This document shows positions 1 to 9,958 of a stretch of 64,000 nucleotides of DNA, one piece after another (the first letter of the stretch is position 1; each line of letters begins with the position of its first letter). Origin of the DNA: an uncultured Collinsella sp. (GTDB taxonomy: Bacteria; Actinomycetota; Coriobacteriia; Coriobacteriales; Coriobacteriaceae). The stretch spans positions 13,103-77,102 of the forward strand of contig CATZEP010000001.1 in the NCBI GenBank assembly GCA_958418185.1, read 5' to 3'. The notes beneath the pieces are model-generated. The model saw nothing but the letters and a program-made list of their open reading frames with translations. It had not been told where the DNA came from and searched no databases. The position numbers were made by a program, and so were the translations under genes.

Positions 1-187
1 CGATGATGTAAACGTAACTCGCGGCCTCGCTTGTGCGGCGTGTGCGTTCCCCCTGTGCGACCTCGGCCAGCGAGGTGGCAATAACGCCAAGGCAAAACGC
101 CGCGACCAGGCGAGCGTCCACAGCAAGGCCCAGAGCGGCCGCAATGCAGCACGCCAGCACGATCGATTTGTCGAAAAGCCTGTTCAT
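1..187 (-). CDS. 5' part of a membrane protein running off the window; probably the sensor histidine kinase divergent from the ABC exporter
   Basis: My translation from ATG at 187: MNRLFDKSIVLACCIAAALGLAVDARLVAAFCLGVIATSLAE..., hydrophobic and open to the window edge. The kinase call rests only on context (LnrJK-LnrLMN-like layout). Confidence 0.5.
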   Translation of the reverse strand, partial: MNRLFDKSIVLACCIAAALGLAVDARLVAAFCLGVIATSLAEVAQGERTRRTSEAASYVYII

Positions 188-239
188 ACGGGTATTGTAC
201 GCGATGCTGCGCGCGGGGGAGGCGCCGCCCGGGGCAACC

Positions 240-328
240 GTGACATTCCTCCCGTGCGGCAAAGCGGCGCCGATCGCTCGCGCGAGCGGGGGTTTCGCCT
301 CCGCCCCCGCACTCGTGACAAAGCTCAC
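240..328. promoter_or_regulatory. Two related motifs, GTGACATTCCTCCC (240-253) and GTGACAAAGCTCAC (315-328); candidate response-regulator sites
   Basis: Imperfect GTGA-N6-TCAC palindrome occurring twice in the divergent intergenic region. Confidence 0.35.
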
Positions 329-396
329 TGGCGCGCGCCGGCGGCTCCTGCGATGATGCAATCGTACCGGGCCGCAATCAACGGAAGGGCCGCCTC

Positions 397-1335
397 ATGA
401 CAGACATCGTCCACGTCGAAAACCTCGTCAAGCGCTACGACGATCTTATCGCGCTCGACCACTTTAACCTGAGCATCGCCCCCGGCGAGATCTTTGGCCT
501 GCTGGGCCCCAACGGCTCGGGCAAGACCACGTCCATCAACTGTATCCTGCAGCTGCTTGCCTACGACAAAGGCACCATCGAGCTGTTCGGCGAGCCCATG
601 ACGCCCGCCCGCTACGACCTCAAGCGCCGCATCGGCGTGGTGCCGCAACAGGTGGCGGTATTCGACGAGCTCACCGTGCGCGAGAACATCGATTATTTCT
701 GCAGCCTCTACGTCACTGACCGCAAGCGCCGCCGCGCGCTGGTGGACGAGGCCATCGACTTTGTCGGGCTGGGCGACTTTGCCAAGTTTCGCCCCGGCAA
801 GCTCTCGGGCGGCCTGGCACGTCGCCTCAACATTGCCTGCGGTATCGCGCACAAGCCCGAGCTCATCTTCTTTGACGAGCCCACGGTGGCGGTCGACCCG
901 CAGAGCCGCAACGCCATCCTGGAGGGCATCTGCCGCCTGCGCGACGAGGGCGCCACGGTGGTGTATACCAGCCATTACATGGAGGAAGTCGAGCAGATTT
1001 GCAGCCGCATCATGATCATGGACGGCGGCCGCGTGCTGGCGCAGGGCACCAACGACGAGCTCAAGCGCATGATTCAGATGGGCGAGCGCGTGACCGTCGA
1101 GGTCGGCGCCGTCGAGCCCGCCACGGTCGAGCGGCTGCGCGCCCTCGAGCACGTGCTTTCGGTTGAGTTGTCTGGCGGCGAGCTCGTCTGCACCTGCGAG
1201 GCGAGCCCGCACAATCTGGTCGACATCCTCGACACGCTGCGCGCCGCCGACGTGGCGCTCGGCCGCGTCTGGAGCGAGCCGCCGACCCTCAACGACGTGT
1301 TCCTCGAGATCACCGGCCGCGAGCTGCGCGACTAG
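397..1335 (+). CDS. ABC-2 type exporter ATP-binding subunit
   Basis: Walker A GPNGSGKT, signature LSGG, Walker B FFDEPT, H-loop YTSHY. Confidence 0.95.
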   Translation: MTDIVHVENLVKRYDDLIALDHFNLSIAPGEIFGLLGPNGSGKTTSINCILQLLAYDKGTIELFGEPMTPARYDLKRRIGVVPQQVAVFDELTVRENIDYFCSLYVTDRKRRRALVDEAIDFVGLGDFAKFRPGKLSGGLARRLNIACGIAHKPELIFFDEPTVAVDPQSRNAILEGICRLRDEGATVVYTSHYMEEVEQICSRIMIMDGGRVLAQGTNDELKRMIQMGERVTVEVGAVEPATVERLRALEHVLSVELSGGELVCTCEASPHNLVDILDTLRAADVALGRVWSEPPTLNDVFLEITGRELRD

Positions 1336-1344
1336 GGGGCGGCC

Positions 1345-2532
1345 ATGTTCAACACCATCATCACCACGGTCAAGGCGCTGCTGCGCCGGCCGAGCACGTG
1401 GGTCTGGGGCGCTCTCTTTCCCATCGCGCTTTCCACGATGTTCATGTTTATGTTTGCGAACCTCAGTTCCGATGGCACGGTCGACCCGGTGCCGGTGGCC
1501 GTCGTAGCGGATGAGGCTTGGGACGCCTCGACCTTTAAGGACGTGGCGACGTCGCTTGCCAAGGAAGGCGACGGCCAACTGCTCGAGATCCACGAGTACG
1601 AAGACTTGGCCGCCGCCCGCAAGGCGCTTAAGGCCGGCGAGGTCGCGGGCATCTATAAGGTTGACGCCGAAGGCACGCCCAAACTCACGCTGCTATCGAG
1701 CTATGACAACTCACGTGCGTCGTCGGTGCTCACCGATCGCAGCATCCTGGAGACGGTGGCAAGCTCGTATACACAAAATGCCGAGCTCATGCGCCAGATT
1801 TCCCAGGACAACCCGGCGGCGCTCGCCGACCCGGAAGCGGTTGCGCGCGCCCTGTCGCTCGAGGGCGGAACCCACCGCGTAAGCCTGACACGCATCACGC
1901 CCGATGGCACGGTCATCTACTATTACGCGCTTTTTGGCCTGGTCGCGATGATGTCTGCCGAGTTTGCCGCCTTGAGCGTCGTCGATTTGCAGCCCAATCT
2001 GTCGGGCCTCGGCGCACGTCGCTGCGTGGGCGGTCTTTCCAAGACGGCGTCGCTGGCTGGTATCTTTGTGGGCTCGTGGCTGGTCTCCTTTGCCTCGATG
2101 GCGATTGCGATTGGCTACGTGCGCCTGGTCGTGGGCATCGACTTTGGCGGGCGCGAGGGACTGTGTTTGGTGGGCGGCGCCGCTTCCGCGCTTGCCGCCA
2201 CGGGCTTGGGACTCTTTGTGGGTACGCTTCCCGTTAAGGGCGGCAAGGCATCCAAGTCCGGCATCCTCACGGGCTTTGCCACCACGTGCGCCCTGTTCGC
2301 CGGCCTCTACGGCGAGCCGGCGATGGCGCTTGCCGACGACGTTGCCCGTGCCTGCCCGGCCGAGTGTTGGCTCAACCCCGTCAAGCTCATCTGCGACATG
2401 TTTAACCGCCTGTATTTCTTTGAGGACCTGGGCCCCTTTGCCGTTCGCGCCGGCGCACTGGTCCTTATGGCGCTGCTGTTCGTTGCCGCCGCCACGCTGA
2501 TCTTTGGAAGGAGCCGCTATGAGCACCTTTAA
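1345..2532 (+). CDS. ABC-2 family permease
   Basis: N-terminal TM, extracellular VAVV domain, C-terminal TM bundle; directly follows the ATPase. Confidence 0.9.
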   Translation: MFNTIITTVKALLRRPSTWVWGALFPIALSTMFMFMFANLSSDGTVDPVPVAVVADEAWDASTFKDVATSLAKEGDGQLLEIHEYEDLAAARKALKAGEVAGIYKVDAEGTPKLTLLSSYDNSRASSVLTDRSILETVASSYTQNAELMRQISQDNPAALADPEAVARALSLEGGTHRVSLTRITPDGTVIYYYALFGLVAMMSAEFAALSVVDLQPNLSGLGARRCVGGLSKTASLAGIFVGSWLVSFASMAIAIGYVRLVVGIDFGGREGLCLVGGAASALAATGLGLFVGTLPVKGGKASKSGILTGFATTCALFAGLYGEPAMALADDVARACPAECWLNPVKLICDMFNRLYFFEDLGPFAVRAGALVLMALLFVAAATLIFGRSRYEHL

Positions 2533-3724
2533 GACTGCGCTTCGCATGGCGCTCGCACACCCGTTCTACCTGCTTATCTACACGGTGTTCATTTCGCTGA
2601 TGGGTGTGTTTATCGCGGCATCGGTGAGCTGGAACTCGTCGCAGCTCACCGAATATAAGCCCTACGATGCCAACGTGATCGTGGTCGACCGCGACGACAG
2701 TGACCTTTCGCGTGCGCTTACCAAGCATCTGGGTTCGCGCTTTGAGCTGGTCACGGGCGTCGGCGACGACACCTACGACCTTGCGGACGCACTCTCCAAG
2801 AGCAACAGCGCCAAGGGCAGTGCCGACTGCGTGTTCTTTATCCCGGAGGGGTTTGAGGGCGACCTCGTTGCAGCTGCCCGCGCGGGGGAGTCCCTGCCCA
2901 AGCTCGATGTGACCTACGGTGCCGGCACCATGGCGGCGGCGCTTTCGTCTGCCGAGGCCTCGCGCTGGATCTCGCTCGCGGGCGCTGCGGCGGCACTTGA
3001 GCCCACTGCCTCCAACGGCTACGTTGCCAAGGCTGCCGAACATGCCGCTGCCGAGCGTGCCGAGGTCGAGATAGAGCAGGTCAAGGTCGACTCGACTGCC
3101 GCCGCCACGCTCGAGTCGTACTTCAACTTTGGCGCGTACGCGATTATCTCGTCGGTCATCGTGTCGGTGGGGCTGGTGTTCTCGGGCATGAACGAGCCCG
3201 AGCGCGTGCGTCGTATGGATGCCGGTCCAATCTCCGAGCGCCGGCGCTCGCTTGCCGTGTTTGCGGCCGCCGCCGTACTCACCGTCTGCATCTGGTTTGT
3301 GTCGAGCATGATGGGCGTCGTGGGCTTTGCCGGCGCGGTCGCCGAGGTCGGCGTGGGTCGCGTGTGCCTGGCGCTGGCGGCGACGTTTGCCCTGGCGTGC
3401 ACGCCGCTGGCCGTTGGCTTTGCCCTTTCGAGCTTGGGTGCGCGCGAGGAGCTGCTCAACGGTGTGGGCAACCTGCTCGGCATGCTCATGACGTTTTTGG
3501 GCGGCGCCTGGATGCCGCTGTCGCTCATGGGCTCGGCCGTGCAGACGGTGGCGCACTTTGTGCCGACATATTGGGTGAACGATGCGATCGGCAAGGCGCT
3601 CGCCGCGGACCTGACGTCCGCCGTGCTGGGCGACATTGCCTGCGACCTGGGCGTCACGGCACTCTTTGCCGTGGCCATTGCCGCCGCAGGCCTGGCCCTC
3701 GCACGCGCCAAATCCCGCGCCTAG
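2519..3724 (+). CDS. ABC-2 family permease (second subunit)
   Basis: VIVVDRDDS, FLGGAWMP and HFVPTYW motifs; start after GGAAGGAG, overlapping the upstream stop. Confidence 0.9.
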   Translation: MSTFKTALRMALAHPFYLLIYTVFISLMGVFIAASVSWNSSQLTEYKPYDANVIVVDRDDSDLSRALTKHLGSRFELVTGVGDDTYDLADALSKSNSAKGSADCVFFIPEGFEGDLVAAARAGESLPKLDVTYGAGTMAAALSSAEASRWISLAGAAAALEPTASNGYVAKAAEHAAAERAEVEIEQVKVDSTAAATLESYFNFGAYAIISSVIVSVGLVFSGMNEPERVRRMDAGPISERRRSLAVFAAAAVLTVCIWFVSSMMGVVGFAGAVAEVGVGRVCLALAATFALACTPLAVGFALSSLGAREELLNGVGNLLGMLMTFLGGAWMPLSLMGSAVQTVAHFVPTYWVNDAIGKALAADLTSAVLGDIACDLGVTALFAVAIAAAGLALARAKSRA

Positions 3725-3728
3725 CCAC

Positions 3729-3759
3729 CTAGTCATTTAAGAGCGTCCCCAATGACTAG
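3729..3759. repeat. REP-like palindrome, family A (consensus TAGTCATTGGGGACGYNCTTAAATGACTAG)
   Basis: CTAGTCATT-taagagcgtcccc-AATGACTAG; related copies at 7239, 15740, 47959 and 48009. Confidence 0.8.
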
Positions 3760-3760
3760 T

Positions 3761-3776
3761 CTGAAATAAATTTCAG
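3761..3776. promoter_or_regulatory. Palindrome CTGAAAT-AA-ATTTCAG upstream of the second ABC exporter; candidate operator
   Basis: Perfect 7-bp arms in an AT-rich promoter region. Confidence 0.35.
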
Positions 3777-3852
3777 GTCTCGCCCCAAAATAGTTCGCCA
3801 AGGTTTACTATTACGCTCATAAAGTAGTACGAGGCTAACAATGGGGGATACC

Positions 3853-4566
3853 ATGGCAACGCAGAAAGCCTACGTCCAGGTTAAGGATCTCAAGAAGCAT
3901 TATGGCGATGGGGATGCGCGCCTGACGGTACTCGATGGCATCGACACGTCCATCAACCGCGGCGAGATCTGCGTCATGCTGGGGCCTTCGGGTTCGGGCA
4001 AGTCCACGTTTCTTAACCTGATCGGCGGCCTGGAGGATGCCGACGGCGGCTCCATTCTGGTGGACGGCTGCGACCTCACCGTACTCAAGCCCGCCGACCT
4101 GGGCGAGTATCGCCGCCGCGAGCTGGGCTTTGTCTTCCAGTTCTACAACCTGGTACCCGACCTCACCATTAAAGAGAACATCGAGGTCACGGCGCACCTG
4201 TCCAAAAACCCGCTCAATGTCGACGACCTGCTGCGCTCGCTGGGCCTCTATGAACATCGCAACAAGTTCCCGCGCCAGGTCTCGGGCGGCCAGCAGCAGC
4301 GTTGCGCCATCGGTCGCGCGCTCGTCAAAAACCCGGGCCTGCTGCTGTGCGACGAGCCTACGGGCGCGCTCGATTACAAGACATCCAAGGAAATCCTGCA
4401 GCTCATGGAGGATGTCAACCGCACCTACGGCTGCACCATCATCATTGTCACCCACAATGCCGCCATCGCGCGCATGGCCAATCGCGTGCTGCGCCTGCGC
4501 GACGGGCGCATCGTCGAAGATGAGCTCAACGAGTCGCCCGTCGCGGCTGCCGAGCTCGATTGGTAG
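3853..4566 (+). CDS. ABC transporter ATP-binding protein (LolD/MacB-type)
   Basis: [38 protein letters not shown]. Confidence 0.95.
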   Translation: MATQKAYVQVKDLKKHYGDGDARLTVLDGIDTSINRGEICVMLGPSGSGKSTFLNLIGGLEDADGGSILVDGCDLTVLKPADLGEYRRRELGFVFQFYNLVPDLTIKENIEVTAHLSKNPLNVDDLLRSLGLYEHRNKFPRQVSGGQQQRCAIGRALVKNPGLLLCDEPTGALDYKTSKEILQLMEDVNRTYGCTIIIVTHNAAIARMANRVLRLRDGRIVEDELNESPVAAAELDW

Positions 4567-4574
4567 GCGGCGCC

Positions 4575-7241
4575 ATGACACCTCTCGCAAAACGTCTCCC
4601 GCGCGAGTTGCGCCGCAATATCGGCAAGTACCTGGGCATCTTTTTGCTTATGTGCGGAAGTATCGCTCTCACCTCGGGTTTTTTGCTCGCGGCCCACTCC
4701 ATCGGTTGCCTTATCGACGACATGCGCGATGCGTACACGATTGAGGACGGCCGCGTGACCACCTCCTTCGAGGCTACCGACGAGCAGCTCAAGGCAGCCG
4801 AGGACGCGGCCGACGACGTCGGCGGCGTCACGCTCTACAAGAATTTCTCCATCGACGCCATCATAAAAAAGACCGCCGGCGACGATGGCACCAAGCGCAC
4901 GTTGCGCACCTATGCGCACCGCACCAAGGTCGATATCGCGTCCTACTGTGAGGGCAAGGAGCCCAAGGCGGACGATGAGGTGGCCATCGACCGCGTCTTT
5001 GCCACCAATAACAACCTGTCCGTGGGCGATAAAGTCGAGCTCGAGGGTCGCACCTACACCATCTGCGGCATCATGACCCAGCCCGATAGCCAGGCGTTGT
5101 TCCTCAACAACTCCGACTTTACGATCAACACCGTCACCTATGGCGTGGCCGAGGTCAGCGATGCCGGCTTTGCCGCGCTCGAGGACGCCGGCGGCGCGCC
5201 CGCCTACACCTACTCCTTTACCTTTACCGATCGCGACCTCCCCACCGCGGACCGCACCGATGCCGAGCAAGATATGGTGGAGGCGCTCGCCGATGCCGAT
5301 GCACGCGTGGATGACCTCATCGACGCCGATTCCAACCAGGGCATTGGCTACGCACGCGACGACGTGGACGGCGACTCCATGATGTGGATGACGCTGCTCG
5401 ACATCATCATCGTGATCATGGCGTTCGTCTTTGTGGTCCTTACCGACGCCACCATCGAGGAGGAGAGCGCCATCATCGGCACGCTGCTCGCCAGCGGTTA
5501 TCGTCGACGCGAGATCGTGCTGCACTACCTTGCGCTTCCCGCCATCGTGGGCGTGGTCGCGGCGCTTTTGGGCACTGCGCTCGGCGTCGTGTTCTTTACC
5601 GAGCCCATGCGCAGCCTCTATTACGGCTCGTACAGCCTGCCGCCCTTCCAGGTGTACTGGAGCTGGGAGATCTGTGCGAAGTGCGCCGTGGTTCCCGCCG
5701 CCGCGCTCATCCTCATCACGCTGGTGGGTCTGCTTCGCAAAATGGGCAAGACGCCGTTGCAGTTTCTTCGTCACGAAGCGAGCGGCAAGTCGGGTACCAA
5801 GCGCGGCCTGCAGCTGTCGGAGCGCATGGGTTTTGTTTCCCGCTTCCGCCTGCGTATCTTCCTGCGCAATCTGGGCAACTTCGCCACGCTCTTCGTGGGC
5901 ATTGCATTTGCGTCGCTGCTGCTGCTCTTTGGCCTGGCGATTCTGCCCACGATGACGCACTATGCAGACAACCTCGAGACAAGCCTGGTCGCCGAGCACC
6001 AGTACACGCTCAAGGCGCCGCTGGAGCTCGAGGGCACTGCCGAGGAGCGCGAGCAGTGGTCGGCACTCGAGCGCTTGCAGTCGGTTGACGGCGCGCTGCT
6101 TTCCGCCGCCCGGGATGCGGATGACGAGCTTGACGACGCGGCTGATGCGGCGCAGACGGCAGCCGATGCCGCGACCGCATCTCCGTCTGCCGAGGGCCTG
6201 GCCGCGGCGCAGGACGCGCTTGCCAAGGTCCAGGACAAGAAGGATGCGCTTTATGCGCGCCTTGATGACCTTGCCGATGCCCTCGGCTGCGACCGCGATG
6301 AGGCCATCAGCCTGATCGACAAGGCCTCTAAGATCGACACTGACAACGACGATATCCACCCGGTCAATACGACCGATAACGACGCGGGTGCAATCGCGCA
6401 GGCCGAGAAATACGCCGTTTACCAGCTGCAATACGACCGCGGCGATGGAAATGGCGAGGAGACGATTTCCGTCTACGGCATTTCATCCGATTCGCGCTAT
6501 TGGAAAGGGCTGGACGTCGGCGATGGGCGTGTCGTCTTTGGCGGCGGTCTGCTCGACAAGTTTGGCTGGAGCGAGGGTCAGAAGGTTAAGCTTCGTGACA
6601 AGTACGAGGGCAAGCATTATTCCCTTGAGTACACGGGCAAGGACTGTGTCTGGGGCTCCAAGTCGGACATGAATATCTATATGAGTATCGACGACTTTAA
6701 CGAGCTGTTCGGCAACGATGCCGCCTACTTTAACGGCTATGTGAGCAACGAGAAGCTCGACCTCGATGCTCGTTACTTTGCCGGCGACACCACGCCCGAC
6801 GATATGCGCGCCGTGGGCGACCAGTTCATCGGCATGATGAGCAAAATGATCGGCATGATGGTCGGGCTTGCGGTGTTCATCTTCCTGCTGTTTATGTACC
6901 TGCTGACCAAGGCTGTGATCGACCACAGCGCCCGTTCGATCAGCTACATGAAAGTCTTTGGCTATCGCGATAGCGAGATCTCGCATCTGTACATTCGCTC
7001 GATCACGCTGTGTGTGGTGGCGTCGCTCGTGCTGAGCCTGCCGGTCATTATTGGCTCGCTCACGGCCATCTTCCGCTCGATGCTGCTCGCCTACAACGGC
7101 AATATCGAGATCTACGTGCCCGCTTGGTCCATGGCGGCGTGCGTGGGCATTGGCTTTGCGACCTACTTGGTCGTGGCGCTGCTACACACGCGTTCTATCA
7201 AGCGCGTCAGTCTGGCCGAAGCCCTCAAGGTGCAGGAGTAG
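4575..7241 (+). CDS. FtsX-like (MacB family) ABC permease with two FtsX domains
   Basis: IGTLLASGY and ISYMKVFGY FtsX-type motifs; two TM bundles with large extracellular domains. Confidence 0.9.
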   Translation: MTPLAKRLPRELRRNIGKYLGIFLLMCGSIALTSGFLLAAHSIGCLIDDMRDAYTIEDGRVTTSFEATDEQLKAAEDAADDVGGVTLYKNFSIDAIIKKTAGDDGTKRTLRTYAHRTKVDIASYCEGKEPKADDEVAIDRVFATNNNLSVGDKVELEGRTYTICGIMTQPDSQALFLNNSDFTINTVTYGVAEVSDAGFAALEDAGGAPAYTYSFTFTDRDLPTADRTDAEQDMVEALADADARVDDLIDADSNQGIGYARDDVDGDSMMWMTLLDIIIVIMAFVFVVLTDATIEEESAIIGTLLASGYRRREIVLHYLALPAIVGVVAALLGTALGVVFFTEPMRSLYYGSYSLPPFQVYWSWEICAKCAVVPAAALILITLVGLLRKMGKTPLQFLRHEASGKSGTKRGLQLSERMGFVSRFRLRIFLRNLGNFATLFVGIAFASLLLLFGLAILPTMTHYADNLETSLVAEHQYTLKAPLELEGTAEEREQWSALERLQSVDGALLSAARDADDELDDAADAAQTAADAATASPSAEGLAAAQDALAKVQDKKDALYARLDDLADALGCDRDEAISLIDKASKIDTDNDDIHPVNTTDNDAGAIAQAEKYAVYQLQYDRGDGNGEETISVYGISSDSRYWKGLDVGDGRVVFGGGLLDKFGWSEGQKVKLRDKYEGKHYSLEYTGKDCVWGSKSDMNIYMSIDDFNELFGNDAAYFNGYVSNEKLDLDARYFAGDTTPDDMRAVGDQFIGMMSKMIGMMVGLAVFIFLLFMYLLTKAVIDHSARSISYMKVFGYRDSEISHLYIRSITLCVVASLVLSLPVIIGSLTAIFRSMLLAYNGNIEIYVPAWSMAACVGIGFATYLVVALLHTRSIKRVSLAEALKVQE

Positions 7242-7266
7242 TCGTTAGGGACGTTCCCAATGACTA
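7239..7266. repeat. REP-like palindrome family A, degenerate copy
   Basis: TAGTCGTTAGGGACGTTCCCAATGACTA overlapping the stop codon. Confidence 0.65.
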
Positions 7267-7276
7267 GGCGCTGTAC

Positions 7277-7307
7277 TTGACTTTAACTCTGCTTTAACTG
7301 GTACCAT
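7277..7307 (+). promoter_or_regulatory. Sigma70-type promoter TTGACT-19 bp-TACCAT
   Basis: -35 at 7277-7282, -10 at 7302-7307; CTTTAACT occurs twice across the -35/spacer. Confidence 0.5.
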
Positions 7308-7349
7308 CCTCTATGTCTGTAACGCCATATAGACCGAGGGGATATAACT

Positions 7350-8555
7350 ATGACCGCAACTGCACCCGCAGCACCCGCTAAGGTATACTTCACCAACTTG
7401 CGCACGCATGCTCGCGAGGGCCAGCTCGACAAGCTCAAGCGCCTCATACGTCACGCCGGTATTGAGCAGATCGACTTTGAGAACAAGTTCGTCGCTATCA
7501 AGATTCACTTTGGCGAGCTGGGCAATCTGAGCTTTTTGCGCCCCAACTACGCCCGCGCCGTCGCGGATGTCGTGAAGGAGCTGGGTGGCAAGCCCTTCCT
7601 CACCGACTGTAACACGCTCTACGTCGGTAGCCGCAAAAACGCGCTCGAGCACATCGATACCGCCTATCAGAACGGCTTTACCCCGTATGCCACGGGTTGC
7701 CAGATCATCATCGCCGACGGCCTCAAGGGTACCGACGAGGCGCTCGTCCCGGTCGAGGGCGGCGAGTACGTGCGCGAGGCCAAGATCGGTCGGGCACTCA
7801 TGGATGCCGATATTGTGATCAGCCTCACGCACTTTAAGGGCCATGAGCAGGCCGGTTTTGGCGGTGCCATGAAGAACCTGGGCATGGGAGGCGGCAGCCG
7901 TGCCGGCAAGATGGAGCAGCATGCCGCCGGCAAGCCGAACGTCGCGACCGAGCACTGTATTGGCTGCCGTGCCTGCGAAAAGGTCTGTGCACACAGCGCT
8001 ATCTCGTTTGACGACACCCGTGAGCGCGAGCTCGCCAACGGCAACACCCGCACGGTCCACGTGGCTGCCATCGACCACGATCGCTGCGTGGGCTGCGGCC
8101 GCTGCATCGGCGTGTGCAACCAGGACGCCATCAAGCCCGGCCATGACGCCGCGGCCGACGTGCTCAACTGCAAGATCGCCGAGTACACCAAGGCCGTTGT
8201 CGACGGCCGCCCGAGCTTCCATATCTCGCTTGCCATGGATATTAGCCCCAACTGCGATTGCCATCCCGAAAACGACACGCCTATCGTCAACGATATCGGC
8301 ATGTTCGCGAGCTTCGACCCGGTCGCCATCGACCAGGCCTGTGCCGATGCCGTCATGGCATCCGAGCCGCTGCCCAACACCGAGCTTACCGATAGCGCGG
8401 CCAAGATGGAGCACAACCACGAGCATCTGGAGGGCGATCAGGCCAAGGACCCCTTCTGCATCACGCATCCCGACACCGACTGGCGCACCTGCATCGCGCA
8501 CGCCGAGAAGATCGGCCTGGGCACGAGCAAGTACGAGCTCATCGAGGTCAAGTAG
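7350..8555 (+). CDS. DUF362 family protein with 4Fe-4S ferredoxin insert
   Basis: VAIKIHFGE, HFKGH, FGGAMKNLGMG, two CxxCxxCxxxC motifs, CDC, DPVAIDQAC. Confidence 0.85.
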   Translation: MTATAPAAPAKVYFTNLRTHAREGQLDKLKRLIRHAGIEQIDFENKFVAIKIHFGELGNLSFLRPNYARAVADVVKELGGKPFLTDCNTLYVGSRKNALEHIDTAYQNGFTPYATGCQIIIADGLKGTDEALVPVEGGEYVREAKIGRALMDADIVISLTHFKGHEQAGFGGAMKNLGMGGGSRAGKMEQHAAGKPNVATEHCIGCRACEKVCAHSAISFDDTRERELANGNTRTVHVAAIDHDRCVGCGRCIGVCNQDAIKPGHDAAADVLNCKIAEYTKAVVDGRPSFHISLAMDISPNCDCHPENDTPIVNDIGMFASFDPVAIDQACADAVMASEPLPNTELTDSAAKMEHNHEHLEGDQAKDPFCITHPDTDWRTCIAHAEKIGLGTSKYELIEVK

Positions 8556-8602
8556 CGCCTAGTTATTGGACAAATCAAGCGCTTTTCTGGCGCAAGTAGA
8601 GC

Positions 8603-8642
8603 AAAAGCCGCCCGTGGGCACAGCGCTCACGGGCGGCTTTTT
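8603..8642. terminator. Bidirectional intrinsic terminator
   Basis: AAAAGCCGCCCGTG...CACGGGCGGCTTTTT between convergent genes. Confidence 0.85.
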
Positions 8643-8643
8643 G

Positions 8644-8763
8644 GAAGTATGCGGCAAATTTCGAGACCGCCGAGCACACGACGTTTTTTGGCAACAAAAC
8701 CCCTGATAAATTGTTGGTAAAACTGTGGTCTGGTCGGCAGTTCCAGATTTTGCCGCATACTTC
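8644..8763. repeat. ~120-bp foldback element with imperfect ~36-bp terminal inverted repeats
   Basis: GAAGTATGCGGCAAA at 8644 pairs with TTTGCCGCATACTTC ending at 8763; similarity extends inward. Confidence 0.7.
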
Positions 8764-8806
8764 GGAAAATAGGGGGTCAGATAAGGCCTCGGACGTTGCT
8801 ATTCGC

Positions 8807-9772
8807 CTAAAAATACTCGTCGAGGAAGTTGTTGACTGTGTTCCAGTAGAGCTCGGGGTCAACTTGCGCACTCTTGGCGTGGGTGGCGCCATGGATGGTG
8901 AGCTTTTGCTTGACCTTGCTGGCGCACGCGTCGTAGTTTTGGTCGAGCATGCTGTACGGCACAAAGGTGTCCTGGTCGCCGTGGATAAACAGCATGGGAA
9001 CCGTCGCGTGTTTGAGTTGCTCCACACTGCTCGCCTTATGAAAGTCGTAGCCTGCGCGCACGTTGCACACCAAGTTTGCTACATCGAGCAAGGGAAAGCT
9101 GGGCAGGCCGAACACGTCCTTGAGCTGCAGAGAAAACTCGTCCCAAACACTCGTATAGCCGCAGTCCTCGATAATGCATTTCACGTTTGCGGGCAGAGAT
9201 TCCCCCGCGACGTTCATGGCGGTTGCCGCGCCCATCGACTCGCCAAAGACCAGGATGCGCGCCTCGGGGTCAGCCTGAACGATTTGATTGATCCATGCGA
9301 CGATGTCGAGGCGCTCGGGCCAGCCCATGCCGATATAGTCGCCGCCGGAGCGCTCGTGGGCACGGGCGGCGGGTGCGAGTACGTTCATGCCGCGGTCATG
9401 GAATCGTTTGGCGTATCGGGCCATACCGATGGGCTCGTTGGTATATCCATGCAGGCAGACGGCGTAGTCGTGCGTGCTCTCCGACGCAGCAAAATACCAA
9501 GCGGCAAGCTCGGTTCCGTCATCTGCGGTGAGGCTGCTGCTCTCGCGATTCTCTTTAAACCATGCCCGCGCCTCGGTGTCCTCGGCATCCGGCTGCTCAC
9601 CTTCTTTGTCGTTCTTGCTATCCTGCATCATCTTCATGGTGTACGGCGCTTGGGGGTTCAGGGCAAAGTCAAACAAAAAGTTGCCGGCAAATCCGAGCAA
9701 CGTGACAACGAGCGCCAACGCAACGACGCCGGCTATCTTGAGCTTTCGATGGGAACGTGCATTTTGAGACAT
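8807..9772 (-). CDS. Membrane-anchored alpha/beta hydrolase
   Basis: N-terminal TM, HGY, GESMG nucleophile elbow, IHGDQDTFVP, ATHA. Confidence 0.9.
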   Translation of the reverse strand: MSQNARSHRKLKIAGVVALALVVTLLGFAGNFLFDFALNPQAPYTMKMMQDSKNDKEGEQPDAEDTEARAWFKENRESSSLTADDGTELAAWYFAASESTHDYAVCLHGYTNEPIGMARYAKRFHDRGMNVLAPAARAHERSGGDYIGMGWPERLDIVAWINQIVQADPEARILVFGESMGAATAMNVAGESLPANVKCIIEDCGYTSVWDEFSLQLKDVFGLPSFPLLDVANLVCNVRAGYDFHKASSVEQLKHATVPMLFIHGDQDTFVPYSMLDQNYDACASKVKQKLTIHGATHAKSAQVDPELYWNTVNNFLDEYF

Positions 9773-9958
9773 AAGAAGCTTTCCTATAAGATGTTAATAC
9801 ATCAACATTTAATGCAAGCGCATTATGGACGTTCGCCGTTGATGCGTCAACAGGCAAAGAATGGGTAAACAAAGGGTCACGTAAGGTGCAAATTTCGCAC
9901 GCACCCAGACGCTTTGATATAGTGTTGAGAACTCTTTACGTTGGAGGATGTAACCGGC

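Noticed and set aside
6040..6340. Ala/Asp-rich insert in the FtsX permease as a repeat or foreign domain
   Set aside because: Low-complexity helical extracellular segments are common in this family; no nucleotide-level repeat unit seen
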